Shown here: positions 1 to 9,318 of the stretch, in pieces | Layout of the letters: each line of letters begins with the position of its first letter | Position numbering within the stretch: the stretch's first letter is position 1 | Assembly: GCA_002448555.1 (NCBI GenBank) | Contig: DJYV01000024.1 | Coordinates: 2,496-41,068, forward strand | Origin: Flavobacteriales bacterium UBA6969 | GTDB taxonomy: Bacteria > Bacteroidota > Bacteroidia > Flavobacteriales_D > Sanyastnellaceae | Direction: 5' to 3' | Length of the DNA stretch: 38,573 bases | The notes under the pieces: generated by a model | The model's input: the letters and a program-made list of their open reading frames with translations, nothing else | The model's database searches: none | What the model was told of the DNA's origin: nothing | Position numbers and translations under genes: made by a program

Positions 1-260
1 TCAGCGTGACCTGGGCAGTCAACGTGCGCGTAGTGGCGGTTTGCCGTTTGGTATTCAACGTGCGAAGAGTTAATCGTGATACCACGCTCTTTTTCTTCTG
101 GTGCGTTGTCAATCTGATCGAATGAACGCGCCTCACTGTGTCCCGCGTCTGCGAGAACTTTTGTAATTGCCGCAGTAAGAGTTGTCTTACCGTGGTCAAC
201 GTGTCCGATGGTACCGATGTTTACGTGCGGTTTTGACCGGTCAAACGTTTCTTTAGCCAT
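1..260 (-). CDS. tuf: Elongation factor Tu, N-terminal 86 codons (3' part lies outside the window)
   Basis: The reverse complement from the ATG at 260..258 translates as [40 protein letters not shown]..., which carries the G1 P-loop GHVDHGKT. It is absent from the ORF track because it is truncated by the window edge. It lies downstream of the classic Thr-Tyr-Gly-Thr tRNA cluster. Confidence 0.95.
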   Translation of the reverse strand, partial: MAKETFDRSKPHVNIGTIGHVDHGKTTLTAAITKVLADAGHSEARSFDQIDNAPEEKERGITINSSHVEYQTANRHYAHVDCPGHA

Positions 261-305
261 TGCCTAACTGTTTTAGTTACTGTTTGATTTCACATTAAAT
301 GTTCG

Positions 306-377
<72 letters not shown>

Positions 378-394
378 TTAACCCTTTCGGGCGG

Positions 395-467
395 AGCGGA
401 AGACGAGATTCGAACTCGCGACATTCAGCTTGGAAGGCTGATGCTCTACCAACTGAGCTACTTCCGC
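395..467 (-). tRNA. tRNA-Gly (anticodon UCC)
   Basis: The reverse complement is GCGGAAGTAGCTCAGTTGGTAGAGCATCAGCCTTCCAAGCTGAATGTCGCGAGTTCGAATCTCGTCTTCCGCT. The acceptor stem is GCGGAAG/CTTCCGC, the anticodon loop is CTTCCAA, and the T-arm is GAGTTCGAATCTC. CCA is not encoded. Confidence 0.9.
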
Positions 468-496
468 TTTTCGACCTTTCGCGTTCGAACGGTCTG

Positions 497-582
497 TGGT
501 GGGGGTAATAGGATTCGAACCTATTCAGTCAGAGACAACAGATTTACAGTCTGCCCCGGCTCTCCAACTCCGGCGTACCCCC
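497..582 (-). tRNA. tRNA-Tyr (anticodon GUA), long variable arm, CCA encoded
   Basis: The reverse complement is GGGGGTACGCCGGAGTTGGAGAGCCGGGGCAGACTGTAAATCTGTTGTCTCTGACTGAATAGGTTCGAATCCTATTACCCCCACCA. The acceptor stem is GGGGGTA/TACCCCC, the anticodon loop is CTGTAAA, there is a long extra arm typical of bacterial tRNA-Tyr, and the 3' end is ACCA. Confidence 0.9.
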
Positions 583-630
583 GTTTGCCATTCACTGCCC
601 ATCACACAGTGGATAGACGGCGAACAAATG

Positions 631-704
631 AGCCGATGGAGGGATTCGAACCCCCGACCCGCTGATTACAAATCAGCTGCTCTGGCCAACTGAGCTACAT
701 CGGC
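631..704 (-). tRNA. tRNA-Thr (anticodon UGU)
   Basis: The reverse complement is GCCGATGTAGCTCAGTTGGCCAGAGCAGCTGATTTGTAATCAGCGGGTCGGGGGTTCGAATCCCTCCATCGGCT. The anticodon stem is GCTGA/TCAGC with loop TTTGTAA. CCA is not encoded. Confidence 0.9.
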
Positions 705-752
705 AACACTTCAAAGAACTGGAGAGCGCAAACTCCCCGGTTTTCAGGACGG

Positions 753-783
753 CAAATGTATGAAAGAAATCGTTGGATACAAT
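753..783 (-). promoter_or_regulatory. Candidate Bacteroidota sigma-A type promoter for the tRNA-tuf transcription unit
   Basis: The minus strand reads ATTG-N19-TACATTTG, compared with the consensus TTTG-N19-21-TAnnTTTG. The -7 box lies about 49 nt upstream of the first tRNA. Confidence 0.45.
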
Positions 784-786
784 GCG

Positions 787-828
787 TTGAAGGGCGAATT
801 GTTTTGTGGAAAAACTCACCCCCTTCAA
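787..828 (-). terminator. Hairpin downstream of hpf, a possible weak terminator with no U-tract
   Basis: An 8-bp inverted repeat TTGAAGGG (787..794) / CCCTTCAA (821..828) has a loop of about 26 nt and begins about 20 nt after the hpf stop. It is not followed by a T-run, so its function is uncertain. Confidence 0.25.
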
Positions 829-847
829 TCAGTTGATTGGCAAGTGT

Positions 848-1150
848 TTAAGCCGTGGCTAAACGGGCCGTTTTCTGCTTGCGAATCTGGCGTCGAATGG
901 CCTCGACAACCTCGTCAATCCCCGCCTCAAAGCTCGGGGCTTTGCGCTTCGCGAAAAAATCGGCACCTGGCACGTGGATTTTTACCTCGGAAACCTTGTT
1001 GTCCCGGTCATCGCTTTTCTCCACCCGGAGGAAGACTTCACACGAGATAATCTGGTCGTGAAAAGTATTGAGTTTGCCGACCTTGTGTTCGACAAATTCG
1101 AGGAGTCGCGCGTCGGCGTCGAAATGGATGGAATGGATTTGCATCTGCAT
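848..1150 (-). CDS. hpf: Ribosome hibernation promoting factor / RaiA family, short form (100 aa)
   Basis: An ATG-initiated ORF translates as MQMQIHSIHFDADARLLEFVEHKVGKLNTFHDQI...KIHVPGADFFAKRKAPSFEAGIDEVVEAIRRQIRKQK. The length and pattern are typical of sigma-54 modulation protein/S30EA family members. The position between the recombinase and the tRNA-tuf cluster is conserved in Bacteroidota. Confidence 0.85.
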   Translation of the reverse strand: MQMQIHSIHFDADARLLEFVEHKVGKLNTFHDQIISCEVFLRVEKSDDRDNKVSEVKIHVPGADFFAKRKAPSFEAGIDEVVEAIRRQIRKQKTARLATA

Positions 1151-1162
1151 GGTTGTGAAGTA

Positions 1163-2059
1163 TTAATCTTGCGGTCGAACGTCCAACGGACTGTCCTGAT
1201 GCAACTCCTTCAACCGTGACAATGACTGATGCGTGTAAACCTGGGTAGAACTCAACGAGGAGTGGCCGAGCAAGTCTTTGACTGCCGATAGCTCCGCGCC
1301 GTTGTTCAACAAGTGCGTGGCAAAGGTGTGCCGCAACACGTGCGGACTGCTTTTGCGCAACGAACTAACCAAGGAGAGGTAATGGTGAACCCTGCGGTAG
1401 ACGAAGGATCCGTACAAGCTGCGGCCTGCATCCGTGACGAACAGGTGCTTGGACTTGAAGGGCCTTTCTTCGATGTGCGCTACAATGCTTGACATGGTTT
1501 CAGGGAGCAGAGGAATGCGTCGTTCCTTCGATCCTTTTCCTAGAACGAGAATTTCTTTCCGTTCCGTATGCAAATCCGAAACTTTTAATGCGACCAATTC
1601 ACTCAATCGAACACCGGTCTCGTACATCAAGGCAATGATGCTCCGGTCCCGACGTCCCTTCCAGTCATCGCTGAAGACTTCTTCTTCGAATAACTCCCGC
1701 ATGGCGTGTTCCGGCACAACGCTTGGTAAACGCTTGGCCAACTTGGGCAATGCAATGGAGTCTGCGGGATCCGCCTTCATCGAACCCTGCCGCTTGGCGT
1801 ACTTGACAAAGGTGCGGTATGCGCTGACTTTCCGGTGAATGGTGCGGGGAGCTTTTTGCATACGCATCATCTCCACCACGTATGAACGCAGCCATTCAGA
1901 TTTGACTTCTCGCAAGTCGGAACACCCGAATTGCTCGTCCATGAACTTCACCAATTGACCCAGGTCGGACCTGTAACAACGAAGCGTGTGTACGCTTCCT
2001 CTCTTCTCCTTGAGCAGATAGTCAAGGAAATCTTCGACGTGTGGCGGAATTTGGTTCAA
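1163..2059 (-). CDS. Tyrosine recombinase, XerC/XerD family
   Basis: The 298-aa ORF has an N-terminal SAM-like core-binding region (FLDYLLKEKRGSVHTLRCYRSDL) and C-terminal catalytic motifs (HVLRHTFATHLL, LLGHSSLSSTQVYTH). The start codon at 2059..2057 is TTG, and the first in-frame ATG is at codon 40. Confidence 0.85.
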   Translation of the reverse strand: MNQIPPHVEDFLDYLLKEKRGSVHTLRCYRSDLGQLVKFMDEQFGCSDLREVKSEWLRSYVVEMMRMQKAPRTIHRKVSAYRTFVKYAKRQGSMKADPADSIALPKLAKRLPSVVPEHAMRELFEEEVFSDDWKGRRDRSIIALMYETGVRLSELVALKVSDLHTERKEILVLGKGSKERRIPLLPETMSSIVAHIEERPFKSKHLFVTDAGRSLYGSFVYRRVHHYLSLVSSLRKSSPHVLRHTFATHLLNNGAELSAVKDLLGHSSLSSTQVYTHQSLSRLKELHQDSPLDVRPQD

Positions 2060-2062
2060 AAC

Positions 2063-2100
2063 AAAAAAGACGAAATGTCTGCTGACAATTTCGTCTTTTT
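2063..2100 (-). terminator. Rho-independent (bidirectional-type) terminator after rpsU
   Basis: AAGACGAAAT (2067..2076) pairs with ATTTCGTCTT (2088..2097), with extra inner GTC/GAC pairs. An A-run flanks the stem on one side and a T-run on the other. On the minus-strand RNA the stem is followed by UUUUUUGUUUU. Confidence 0.6.
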
Positions 2101-2122
2101 GAAATGAAAAACAAAGGATTCC

Positions 2123-2314
2123 TCAGTCGTTTTTCAGATTTAGTCCGTTTTTATATACGGCTTTCTTTCGCTGCTCTCGGTTCAAAACGCTCGGCTTCAC
2201 GAATTCGCGGCGCGTTCGGAGCTCGCGCATGCGCTTCGTGCGGTCAAACTTCTTCTTGAATCGCTTCAGTGCGCGTTCAATGTTGTCTCCTTCTTTTACA
2301 GGGATAGAAAGCAT
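2123..2314 (-). CDS. rpsU: 30S ribosomal protein S21
   Basis: The product is MLSIPVKEGDNIERALKRFKKKFDRTKRMRELRTRREFVKPSVLNREQRKKAVYKNGLNLKND (63 aa), which has the canonical S21 sequence pattern. I chose the ATG at 2314 rather than the 79-aa track ORF because a consensus promoter lies at 2333..2363. Confidence 0.9.
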   Translation of the reverse strand: MLSIPVKEGDNIERALKRFKKKFDRTKRMRELRTRREFVKPSVLNREQRKKAVYKNGLNLKND

Positions 2315-2332
2315 AGTGTCAGAATTGGACGG

Positions 2333-2363
2333 CAAATTTACACGATAAGATTCAAAGTACAAA
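2333..2363 (-). promoter_or_regulatory. Consensus Bacteroidota promoter for rpsU
   Basis: The minus strand reads TTTG-N19-TAAATTTG, an exact match to TTTG / TAnnTTTG. The -7 box ends 18 nt upstream of the rpsU ATG. Confidence 0.6.
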
Positions 2364-2378
2364 ACCCTTGCCGCCCAT

Positions 2379-3527
2379 TCACTCGTTGATAATTTCGCGC
2401 GAGATTACCAACTTCTGGATTTCACTGGTCCCCTCCCCGATGGTGCACAGCTTGCTGTCCCGGTAGAACTTCTCTGCGGGGAAATCCTTGGTGTATCCAT
2501 AACCGCCCAGTACCTGAACGCCTTCTGTGGCAACGCGCACGCACATTTCTGACGCTTGGTACTTGGCCATCGCCGATTCCTTGGTCATGGGCTTCCCGGA
2601 TTCTTTGAGGAAACACGCTTGCAAAGTCAACAAGTCGGCCGCCTCAATGGATGTGTGCATATCAGCGAGTTTAAATGCGATGGCCTGGAATTGACTGATG
2701 GCCTTTCCAAATTGTTCGCGCTCCTTGGAATACGCCTTCGCCGTTTCGTAGGCGCCTTTGGCGATGCCCAATGCCAATGAGGCAATGGAGATGCGGCCTC
2801 CATCGAGGATCTTCATCGCTTGGATGAATCCGTCCCCGACCTGGCCGAGCACTTGATCATCCGGCACGAAGCACCCGTCGAAAATCATTTCTGCTGTTTC
2901 CGACGAGCGCATGCCCAGCTTGTTCTCCTTTTTGCCTCCCGAAAATCCTTCCTGACCGCGGGTTACGACAAAAGCCGTGATGCCTCGGCTGTCCAACAGC
3001 TCGCCCGTGCGCGCCAGCACAACAGCCACATCACCCGAAATGCCGTGTGTAATCCAGTTTTTCGTTCCGTTCAGGACCCAGCCGCCGCGTGCTTCATCAC
3101 GAGCAGCTGTGCATTGCATGCGCATGGCATCACTTCCGGTGTTCGCTTCGGTGAGCCCCCACGCACCAATGGCTTGACCACTGGCCAAATCTGGTAGGTG
3201 CTTCTGGCGTTGCGCTTCCGAGCCAAACATGAGAATGTGGTTGGTGCAAAGGCTATTGTGGGCAGCCATGGACAGGCCGATTGAGCCACAGACCTTAGCG
3301 ATTTCTTCGATGGCAATTTTGTATTCGAAGTATCCCATGCCCGCTCCGCCTAACGCCTCGGGCACAAGCATACCCATCAATCCCAACTCGCCCATTTTAC
3401 TGAACAGGGCGCGCGGAAACACCTGGCCCTCGTCCCATTCCATGCGATGAGGCAGGATCTCTTTTTCCGCAAAATCACGCACCGTTGCACGGATGGCCCG
3501 TTGGTCTTCTGTCTCTCTAAAATTCAT
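2379..3527 (-). CDS. Acyl-CoA dehydrogenase (short/branched-chain type)
   Basis: The 382-aa product starts at ATG 3527 ([27 protein letters not shown]...). ACAD signatures include [29 protein letters not shown] and [19 protein letters not shown]. The start lies 1 nt after the apt stop. Confidence 0.9.
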   Translation of the reverse strand: MNFRETEDQRAIRATVRDFAEKEILPHRMEWDEGQVFPRALFSKMGELGLMGMLVPEALGGAGMGYFEYKIAIEEIAKVCGSIGLSMAAHNSLCTNHILMFGSEAQRQKHLPDLASGQAIGAWGLTEANTGSDAMRMQCTAARDEARGGWVLNGTKNWITHGISGDVAVVLARTGELLDSRGITAFVVTRGQEGFSGGKKENKLGMRSSETAEMIFDGCFVPDDQVLGQVGDGFIQAMKILDGGRISIASLALGIAKGAYETAKAYSKEREQFGKAISQFQAIAFKLADMHTSIEAADLLTLQACFLKESGKPMTKESAMAKYQASEMCVRVATEGVQVLGGYGYTKDFPAEKFYRDSKLCTIGEGTSEIQKLVISREIINE

Positions 3528-3528
3528 G

Positions 3529-4095
3529 CTATACCGATAGAAGGGAGTGGAAACGTGCCGCGGGGCACTTCGCCTGTAGCCGCTCGCTCCCATTTAAAAC
3601 ATTCAAACTCATCAAAAACGAGAAGCCCCACAACTGGGCCCCACTGCGATTTACCAATGCCGCCCCCGCCGCCGCTGTTCCACCTGTGGCCAACACGTCA
3701 TCATGAATCAAAACTTCATCCGAAGAATCGAAGGCCCCCACTTGGCATTCCAACACCGCCGTGCCGTATTCCAATTCATACGACTCACTCACCGTTGGAC
3801 CGGGCAGCTTCCCCGCCTTTCTCAACGCGACAAATGGTACATTCAGCCGATCGGCAAGTGATATACCCATCAAAAACCCCCGGCTTTCGATGCCGGCAAT
3901 GGCCGTTGGTGTGCTACCTGTGGATTGAATCCATTCCGCCACTGCACTCACCGCTTTCGCCCGCAGATTTGGATTGGCCCAAACCGGGCTCAGGTCTTTA
4001 AATACGACCCCTGCTTGCGGAAAGTCTGGGACATCTTGAATGGCCGTCTTCAATGCATCCTCCAATGAGCGATATGAATTAATCGCGGTATTCAC
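3529..4095 (-). CDS. apt: Adenine phosphoribosyltransferase
   Basis: The product contains [25 protein letters not shown] and the PRPP-binding motif [16 protein letters not shown]. The start as listed is GTG at 4095 and overlaps the upstream ORF by 17 nt, so the exact start is uncertain. Confidence 0.88.
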   Translation of the reverse strand: MNTAINSYRSLEDALKTAIQDVPDFPQAGVVFKDLSPVWANPNLRAKAVSAVAEWIQSTGSTPTAIAGIESRGFLMGISLADRLNVPFVALRKAGKLPGPTVSESYELEYGTAVLECQVGAFDSSDEVLIHDDVLATGGTAAAGAALVNRSGAQLWGFSFLMSLNVLNGSERLQAKCPAARFHSLLSV

Positions 4096-4729
4096 AGAGC
4101 CTAAGATACGGACTCCACCTCCGAATCATGCTGTCGGTAATGGGAATCGCGTCCGCAAGTGCCTCAAGTGAATCCAGGGGGTGGTGCCGTCTGTAACGCT
4201 CGATTGCGCTGGCAGCCTTCGCATCGATGTAGGGGTGACTCTTCAACTCGAACCACGTAGCCGTATCCGCACAAAGCGTATGGTAGACCCCCTTGCCCGC
4301 ATGGAACATGGGCATCAACCGTTCTGCAGCTTCGGGTTTCAGGCCCCAAACCTCACGCAATTGTTCAACCGCATGAAACCCTCCCAGCGCATTTCGAAAC
4401 CGGCAAATACGGGCCGCTAGAACAGGACCGATGTAAGGCATTGCCTCAAGTGCGGCACTATCAGCAGCATTCAGATCAAGGACCCGTTGTTGGCGTTGTT
4501 GGGGCTGCTGTCCGGTACGCCGCAGCTGCTGAGACGCCTTCAGGCGTTTTCGATTGGACGGATGTGAACGCACCGTTTCCAATGACTCCAACAACCATGC
4601 GACCGGAACCGGGTGTTCCTCCGTCACATACATTCGATGGGACTTGTACCAGAACCCCACACGCACTCCCAATGCCAACCAAGAAATCAGGACGAAGCCC
4701 AACAGGGCGCGTCTTTCAGCTTTTTCCAT
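4079..4729 (-). CDS. ComEA-like helix-hairpin-helix DNA-binding membrane protein
   Basis: It has an N-terminal TM segment (ALLGFVLISWLALGV), a Q-rich linker, and two HhH-like units (LDLNAADSAALEAMPYIGPVLAARI; ELKSHPYIDAKAASAIERYR). The start is ATG. Confidence 0.6.
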   Translation of the reverse strand: MEKAERRALLGFVLISWLALGVRVGFWYKSHRMYVTEEHPVPVAWLLESLETVRSHPSNRKRLKASQQLRRTGQQPQQRQQRVLDLNAADSAALEAMPYIGPVLAARICRFRNALGGFHAVEQLREVWGLKPEAAERLMPMFHAGKGVYHTLCADTATWFELKSHPYIDAKAASAIERYRRHHPLDSLEALADAIPITDSMIRRWSPYLRLCEYRD

Positions 4730-4778
4730 CTCCTCTACTCACTCACTCCGTGTCGGACTACAACCGACGTGCTGTCTC

Positions 4779-6320
4779 TTAATCGTATCGCTTGATCTCG
4801 CCTGACTTAATGCGCTTGAAATAATCCGCAACATCCTGCTTCACCTCTCCCATCAGGAAATACAAGCCCAAAACATTCGGGAAGCACATGGCGAAAATCA
4901 TCGCATCACCAAAGTCGAATACGCTCTGTGCAGAAATCGCGGAACCGAGGATCACGAAGAGGCAGAACACGCCTTTGTACGACAGGTCCGCCACCTTGGA
5001 CTCACCAAACAAGAACGTCCAAGACTTCAATCCGTAGTAGCTCCAGCTGATCATGGTGGATAAGGCAAAGAGAATCACGGCAATAGAGAGGACCACAGGG
5101 AACCACGACATCGTCTGAGCAAAGGCACTGCTCGTCAACTCAATCGCTTGCAAGTCTTTCGCTTGCGCCAGTCCCAAGGCCGCTTCTTGCCCAATCGATC
5201 CGTAACCCGAAATCACGATGACCAATGCGGTCATTGTGCAAATAACCACCGTATCGATGAACGGTTCCAACAATGCAACGATGCCTTCACTGACCGGCTC
5301 GTTGGTTTTGGCCGCGGAGTGCGCGATGGAGGCAGAACCGATGCCCGCCTCATTGGAAAACGCCGCACGCTGGAATCCAACGATAAGCACCCCAATCAAT
5401 CCACCATACGCCGCATCCGCGGAGAAAGCGCTCGAAATGATGAGGCCAAATGCACTTGGAATCTCGGCGATATTTCCACCCAGTACGACCAACGCCCCGA
5501 GGACGTAAATGCCAACCATGAACGGAACGACCTTATCCGTAACACGGGCGATACTTTTGATGCCACCAATGATAATCAAACCTACCAGCATAGCCATCAC
5601 CACACCAAACATCCAGCTTTGACCTGCGAGGAAGGACTGCTCCCCACCGGTTACTTCGATGAGTTGCTTTGTCGCTTGGTTGACTTGCACCATACCGCCG
5701 CCGCCGAAACTCCCTCCGATGCAAGCAATGGCGAATAGCACTGCCAAAATTTTACCGAGCTGCGCTTTGCCTTGCTTCGCCAAGCCGTCTCTCAGGTAGT
5801 ACATGGGACCGCCCGAAACCGAACCATCATCATTTTCCTGACGGTACTTCGTTCCGAGCGTGCACTCCACAAACTTCGAACTCATTCCGAGCAGTCCTGC
5901 CACAATCATCCAGAAGGTCGCCCCCGGTCCACCCAATGAAACGGCGAACGCCACACCCGCAATATTTCCGACGCCCACGGTTCCGCTCAAAGCAGCGGTC
6001 AAGGCCTGGAAGTGGCTGACTTCACCGGCGTCGTTAGGGTCGTCGTATTTTCCTCTAACCACGTCCAACGCATGCCCAAATCCACGGATGTTGATGAACT
6101 TGAAGTAAAAAGTGAAAAAGATGGCTCCCGCAAGCAGCCAGATTAAAACGAAAGGCACGGATACGCCTGCGAACGAAACTTGAAAGAAAATGACTTTCAT
6201 GATCGCGTTGGTCAGGGGCTCCATGACCGAATTGATCTTCTCATCAACGGTTGACGCCTGGGCATAAACCGGCTGAATAAGGGCGCTCACAAGCGCAGCA
6301 AGAGGGAGGAATTTTCGCAT
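4779..6320 (-). CDS. Alanine/glycine:cation (Na+) symporter, AGCS family
   Basis: This multi-TM protein carries the AGCS hallmark [54 protein letters not shown] use the ATG at 6320 ([21 protein letters not shown]) rather than the TTG at 6338 given in the ORF track. Confidence 0.88.
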   Translation of the reverse strand: MRKFLPLAALVSALIQPVYAQASTVDEKINSVMEPLTNAIMKVIFFQVSFAGVSVPFVLIWLLAGAIFFTFYFKFINIRGFGHALDVVRGKYDDPNDAGEVSHFQALTAALSGTVGVGNIAGVAFAVSLGGPGATFWMIVAGLLGMSSKFVECTLGTKYRQENDDGSVSGGPMYYLRDGLAKQGKAQLGKILAVLFAIACIGGSFGGGGMVQVNQATKQLIEVTGGEQSFLAGQSWMFGVVMAMLVGLIIIGGIKSIARVTDKVVPFMVGIYVLGALVVLGGNIAEIPSAFGLIISSAFSADAAYGGLIGVLIVGFQRAAFSNEAGIGSASIAHSAAKTNEPVSEGIVALLEPFIDTVVICTMTALVIVISGYGSIGQEAALGLAQAKDLQAIELTSSAFAQTMSWFPVVLSIAVILFALSTMISWSYYGLKSWTFLFGESKVADLSYKGVFCLFVILGSAISAQSVFDFGDAMIFAMCFPNVLGLYFLMGEVKQDVADYFKRIKSGEIKRYD

Positions 6321-6380
6321 GAATCGAAGGGTTATCAATCGTTAGACTTCGAAGATACAAAGCAACTCAAACCCTGAACT

Positions 6381-7400
6381 TCAGAGCGAAGGACTTTGTA
6401 TACCGATGAAGTCGTTTAACCGCCGTATTTGGTCCGCCGTTCCAAGAACGAATAGCTTCATAGACGCTTGAAGGGTCGTGTCCAACGGTGGGTTGATGAC
6501 CATCTCCCCCGATGCCTTGCGCAATCCGATGACGTTGACACCGATGCGATTCCGTGCGTCAATTTCTGCAAGGGTCATGGACTGCAGCCGGTCGGGCAAT
6601 TGCTGCACTTCAATTTCTTCCAAGTTGACGGCGTCTGCACCTTGGATGCGAATGTGATCCAGGAACTCCACGACATCGGGAATGGCGACGAGTGAGGCCA
6701 TGTGCGCACCACCCACTTGGTCGGGCATGATGACGTTTTGGGCGCCTGCCACCTTCAGCTTGCTCACGGCATTGGCGTTGGACGCCCGACTGATGGTCAG
6801 CAGGTCTGGACGGCGTTCTTTCGCAGCGAGGACCACGTAGAGGTTTTGTGCGTCGTCTGGCAACGTGGTAATGAGTGCGCGCGCGCGATCGAGGCCCGCA
6901 TTGACCAAATTTTCATCCTCCGTCGCGTCACCCGCAAGCGCCCGGACGCCTGCATCTCGCAGCTTCTTGACGAGTTCTTCATTGGATTCAATGATTACCA
7001 CCTCGTGCGCGTGGTCCTGCAGTTCCTGGACTGCCTTCTCCCCTACACGACCGTGGCCGCAGATAATAACGTGGTTGTTCATCTCATTCATGATCCGCTG
7101 AATTCGCTTGGCCCGGAGGCGCTCCCGGTAGTCACCCTCGATGAAAAACTGGGTAACTGCCGTTGCTGCGAAGGTAAATGTGCCAATGGAACTGACAATG
7201 AGGATGGCAGTGAACAACATGCCTCCATCCGAAAGGCTGCGCACTTCGCCGAACCCAACCGTCGAAACCGTAATCACGGTCATGTAGATGGCTTCGAGCA
7301 AGGAGTAGCCTTCAATCCACATGAAGCCAACGCTTCCGAGGCACACCACACTTCCCAATAGAAGTGCTGCGATTCTCAGGCGTTTGGCGGATGGATTCAT
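6381..7400 (-). CDS. Two-TM potassium channel with a cytoplasmic RCK domain (TrkA-N / TrkA-C), MthK-like
   Basis: It has TM1, a pore helix and the filter TVSTVGFGE, then TM2. A Rossmann motif (VIICGHGRVGEKAV) and a TrkA-C-like C-terminal domain follow. Its ATG overlaps the pyrF stop in an ATGA at 7397..7400. Confidence 0.8.
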   Translation of the reverse strand: MNPSAKRLRIAALLLGSVVCLGSVGFMWIEGYSLLEAIYMTVITVSTVGFGEVRSLSDGGMLFTAILIVSSIGTFTFAATAVTQFFIEGDYRERLRAKRIQRIMNEMNNHVIICGHGRVGEKAVQELQDHAHEVVIIESNEELVKKLRDAGVRALAGDATEDENLVNAGLDRARALITTLPDDAQNLYVVLAAKERRPDLLTISRASNANAVSKLKVAGAQNVIMPDQVGGAHMASLVAIPDVVEFLDHIRIQGADAVNLEEIEVQQLPDRLQSMTLAEIDARNRIGVNVIGLRKASGEMVINPPLDTTLQASMKLFVLGTADQIRRLNDFIGIQSPSL

Positions 7401-8218
7401 GCGCTTGCTGTTCGGGTAAAATAAGGTGCAGTAGCTTCTTGCAACTTCTGCGCTTCTGACGCCGCTGACGCCGCATAGTCCTCCCCGGCGCTGGCATACA
7501 GGATGCTGCGAGAGGCATTGATCAGGAGCCCGCCGCCCCCCTCAATCCACCCTGCCTCCATAACGTCCTCGATGCGACCGCCTTGGGCGCCGACGCCGGG
7601 CACCAAAAAGAAGTGGTCCGGCGCCAAGCTTCGAATGGCGCGCAATTGCTCCGGACGGGTGGCGCCAACAACGAACATCAGTTCATCGGGTGTGCCCCAG
7701 GTTTGGCATCGCTCCACTACCCGTTCATACAAGGGCGGTGTTCCATGAAATTCAAAGTCATCGGCTCCTGCATTGGACGTCAAGGCCAGCACGATGGTCC
7801 ACCGATCCGCATAGCCGTCCATGAAAGGAGCCACACTGTCCTCACCCATATAAGGCGCGACGGTGATGGCGTGGGCGCCCAGCCCTTCGAACATGGCCTT
7901 GGCGTAGCGCTTGGCGGTGTTGCCGATGTCCCCGCGCTTGGCGTCGGCAATCACCAAAACATCCTCGGGCATGGCGGCTACGATGCGCTCAAGCGCTGCC
8001 CATCCGGCTGCACCGTACTGCTCAAAAAAGGCGAGGTTGGGTTTGAAGGCCGCCGCGTGCCGGTGGGTTGCTTGAACGATGCCGCGGCAAAACGCCTCCA
8101 TCGCCTCCACACCAGTACCCAAGTGCGCGGGAATTCGATCGGGATCCGGGTCCAACCCCACGCACAAGCACGAGGCTTTGCGCTTCATCATCTCGTACAA
8201 ACTCTGGCGATTGGTCAT
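7397..8218 (-). CDS. pyrF: Orotidine 5'-phosphate decarboxylase (type 2)
   Basis: The product contains LCVGLDPDPDRIP, the catalytic motif VIADAKRGDIGNTAKRYA, and LVPGVGAQGG. It is 273 aa with an ATG start. Confidence 0.9.
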   Translation of the reverse strand: MTNRQSLYEMMKRKASCLCVGLDPDPDRIPAHLGTGVEAMEAFCRGIVQATHRHAAAFKPNLAFFEQYGAAGWAALERIVAAMPEDVLVIADAKRGDIGNTAKRYAKAMFEGLGAHAITVAPYMGEDSVAPFMDGYADRWTIVLALTSNAGADDFEFHGTPPLYERVVERCQTWGTPDELMFVVGATRPEQLRAIRSLAPDHFFLVPGVGAQGGRIEDVMEAGWIEGGGGLLINASRSILYASAGEDYAASAASEAQKLQEATAPYFTRTASA

Positions 8219-8227
8219 GGGTCAAAA

Positions 8228-9310
8228 TTAGGTCTGCGCGGCCAATAATTCAGCCTGCTCCGCAAGCCGCAATGCATTGATGACGGCCTCGAGGTCTCCG
8301 CCCATGATGGCGGTCAAAGCGTGCGATGTGAATTGGATACGATGATCGGTGACACGCCCCTGTGGGTAATTGTAGGTGCGAATTTTGGCCGAACGATCAC
8401 CGGTTGAGACCAGCGACTTGCGCTGCTCTGCTTGCTCGGAGATTTGCTTTCCGCGTTCCCGCTCGAAGAGGCGCGTACGCAAGACCTCCAGGGCGTGCTC
8501 GTAATTCTGGTGCTGCGAACGGCCATCTTGGCATTCTACGACGATGCCCGTAGGCTCGTGGGTGAGGCGCACGGCAGATTCCGTTTTGTTGACGTGCTGG
8601 CCACCTGCCCCGCTTGCGCGGTATGTGTCGCGCCGTACATCGGTCAGATCCAGCTTCACGTCTACGTCTTCAGCCACCGGCAGGACCGCCACGGTCGCCG
8701 CACTGGTGTGCACGCGTCCTTGGGACTCTGTTTCCGGCACCCGTTGCACCCGGTGCACGCCGCTTTCGTATTTCAGCCAGCCGTATACGCCCTCACCCTC
8801 AACTCGCACAGTGATCTCCTTGAAACCACCCGCAGTTCCTTCATTGGCATTGACCAATTCCCAACGCCAGCCCTTGCCCTCGCAATGCCGTTGGTACATG
8901 CGATAGAGGTCACCCGCAAAAATAGCAGCTTCATCCCCGCCGGTTCCCGCGCGGAATTCCATCATCACGGGGCGGTCGTCTACCTCGTCTTTGGGCAACA
9001 ATAAAATGCGTGCTTCCTCCAGTCCTGCTTCAAGCTTGGACTTGATTTCAGGCAATTCTACTTCGGCTAACTCTTTAAAATCAGCGTCGTCTCCTGCTGC
9101 CCATTCTTCGGCTTGATCGCGGTCGGCGCGCCAGGCGGAGAGTTGATTAAAGTGGTCGACAATTGGCCCAAGGCGTTTGTACTCCCGCATCAAGTCCCGG
9201 TACTTGCGTTGGTCTGCGATTACCTCCGGGTCTCCGACTTGTTTTTCGACTTCTTGAAAACGGTCCGAGATGGAGGCCAACTTTTGCATCAAGGTGTCCT
9301 CTGCTTTCAT
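8228..9310 (-). CDS. prfA: Peptide chain release factor 1
   Basis: The GGQ motif is present ([19 protein letters not shown]). The RF1-type tripeptide region reads [18 protein letters not shown]. There is no in-frame TGA or frameshift of the kind found in RF2. Confidence 0.92.
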   Translation of the reverse strand: MKAEDTLMQKLASISDRFQEVEKQVGDPEVIADQRKYRDLMREYKRLGPIVDHFNQLSAWRADRDQAEEWAAGDDADFKELAEVELPEIKSKLEAGLEEARILLLPKDEVDDRPVMMEFRAGTGGDEAAIFAGDLYRMYQRHCEGKGWRWELVNANEGTAGGFKEITVRVEGEGVYGWLKYESGVHRVQRVPETESQGRVHTSAATVAVLPVAEDVDVKLDLTDVRRDTYRASGAGGQHVNKTESAVRLTHEPTGIVVECQDGRSQHQNYEHALEVLRTRLFERERGKQISEQAEQRKSLVSTGDRSAKIRTYNYPQGRVTDHRIQFTSHALTAIMGGDLEAVINALRLAEQAELLAAQT

Positions 9311-9318
9311 CTCGCCAG

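Noticed and set aside
1163-2059. A tyrosine recombinase next to a tRNA cluster, as a possible integrated genomic island or integrase
   Set aside because: The rpsU / xer-like recombinase / hpf / tRNA / tuf order is conserved housekeeping synteny in Bacteroidota. I saw no direct repeat of a tRNA 3' end, no cargo genes and no compositional break. The flanking genes are core functions.
3447-4001. A 184-aa proline-rich plus-strand ORF
   Set aside because: It is antisense to apt, whose PRPP-binding motifs are unambiguous. Its composition is typical of a GC-rich shadow frame.
4730-4778. A CTCA-repeat/AGGAG-like string and a short GTCGG...CCGAC hairpin upstream of the ComEA-like gene
   Set aside because: The hairpin has only 5 bp and no U-tract. 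The AGGAG abuts the ATG with essentially no spacing, and SD-led initiation is not typical of this phylum. It is most likely chance sequence.
8228-9310. A possible programmed +1 frameshift, as in release factor genes
   Set aside because: That mechanism belongs to prfB (RF2). This gene is RF1, with a PxT-type motif and a single uninterrupted frame with no internal in-frame UGA.
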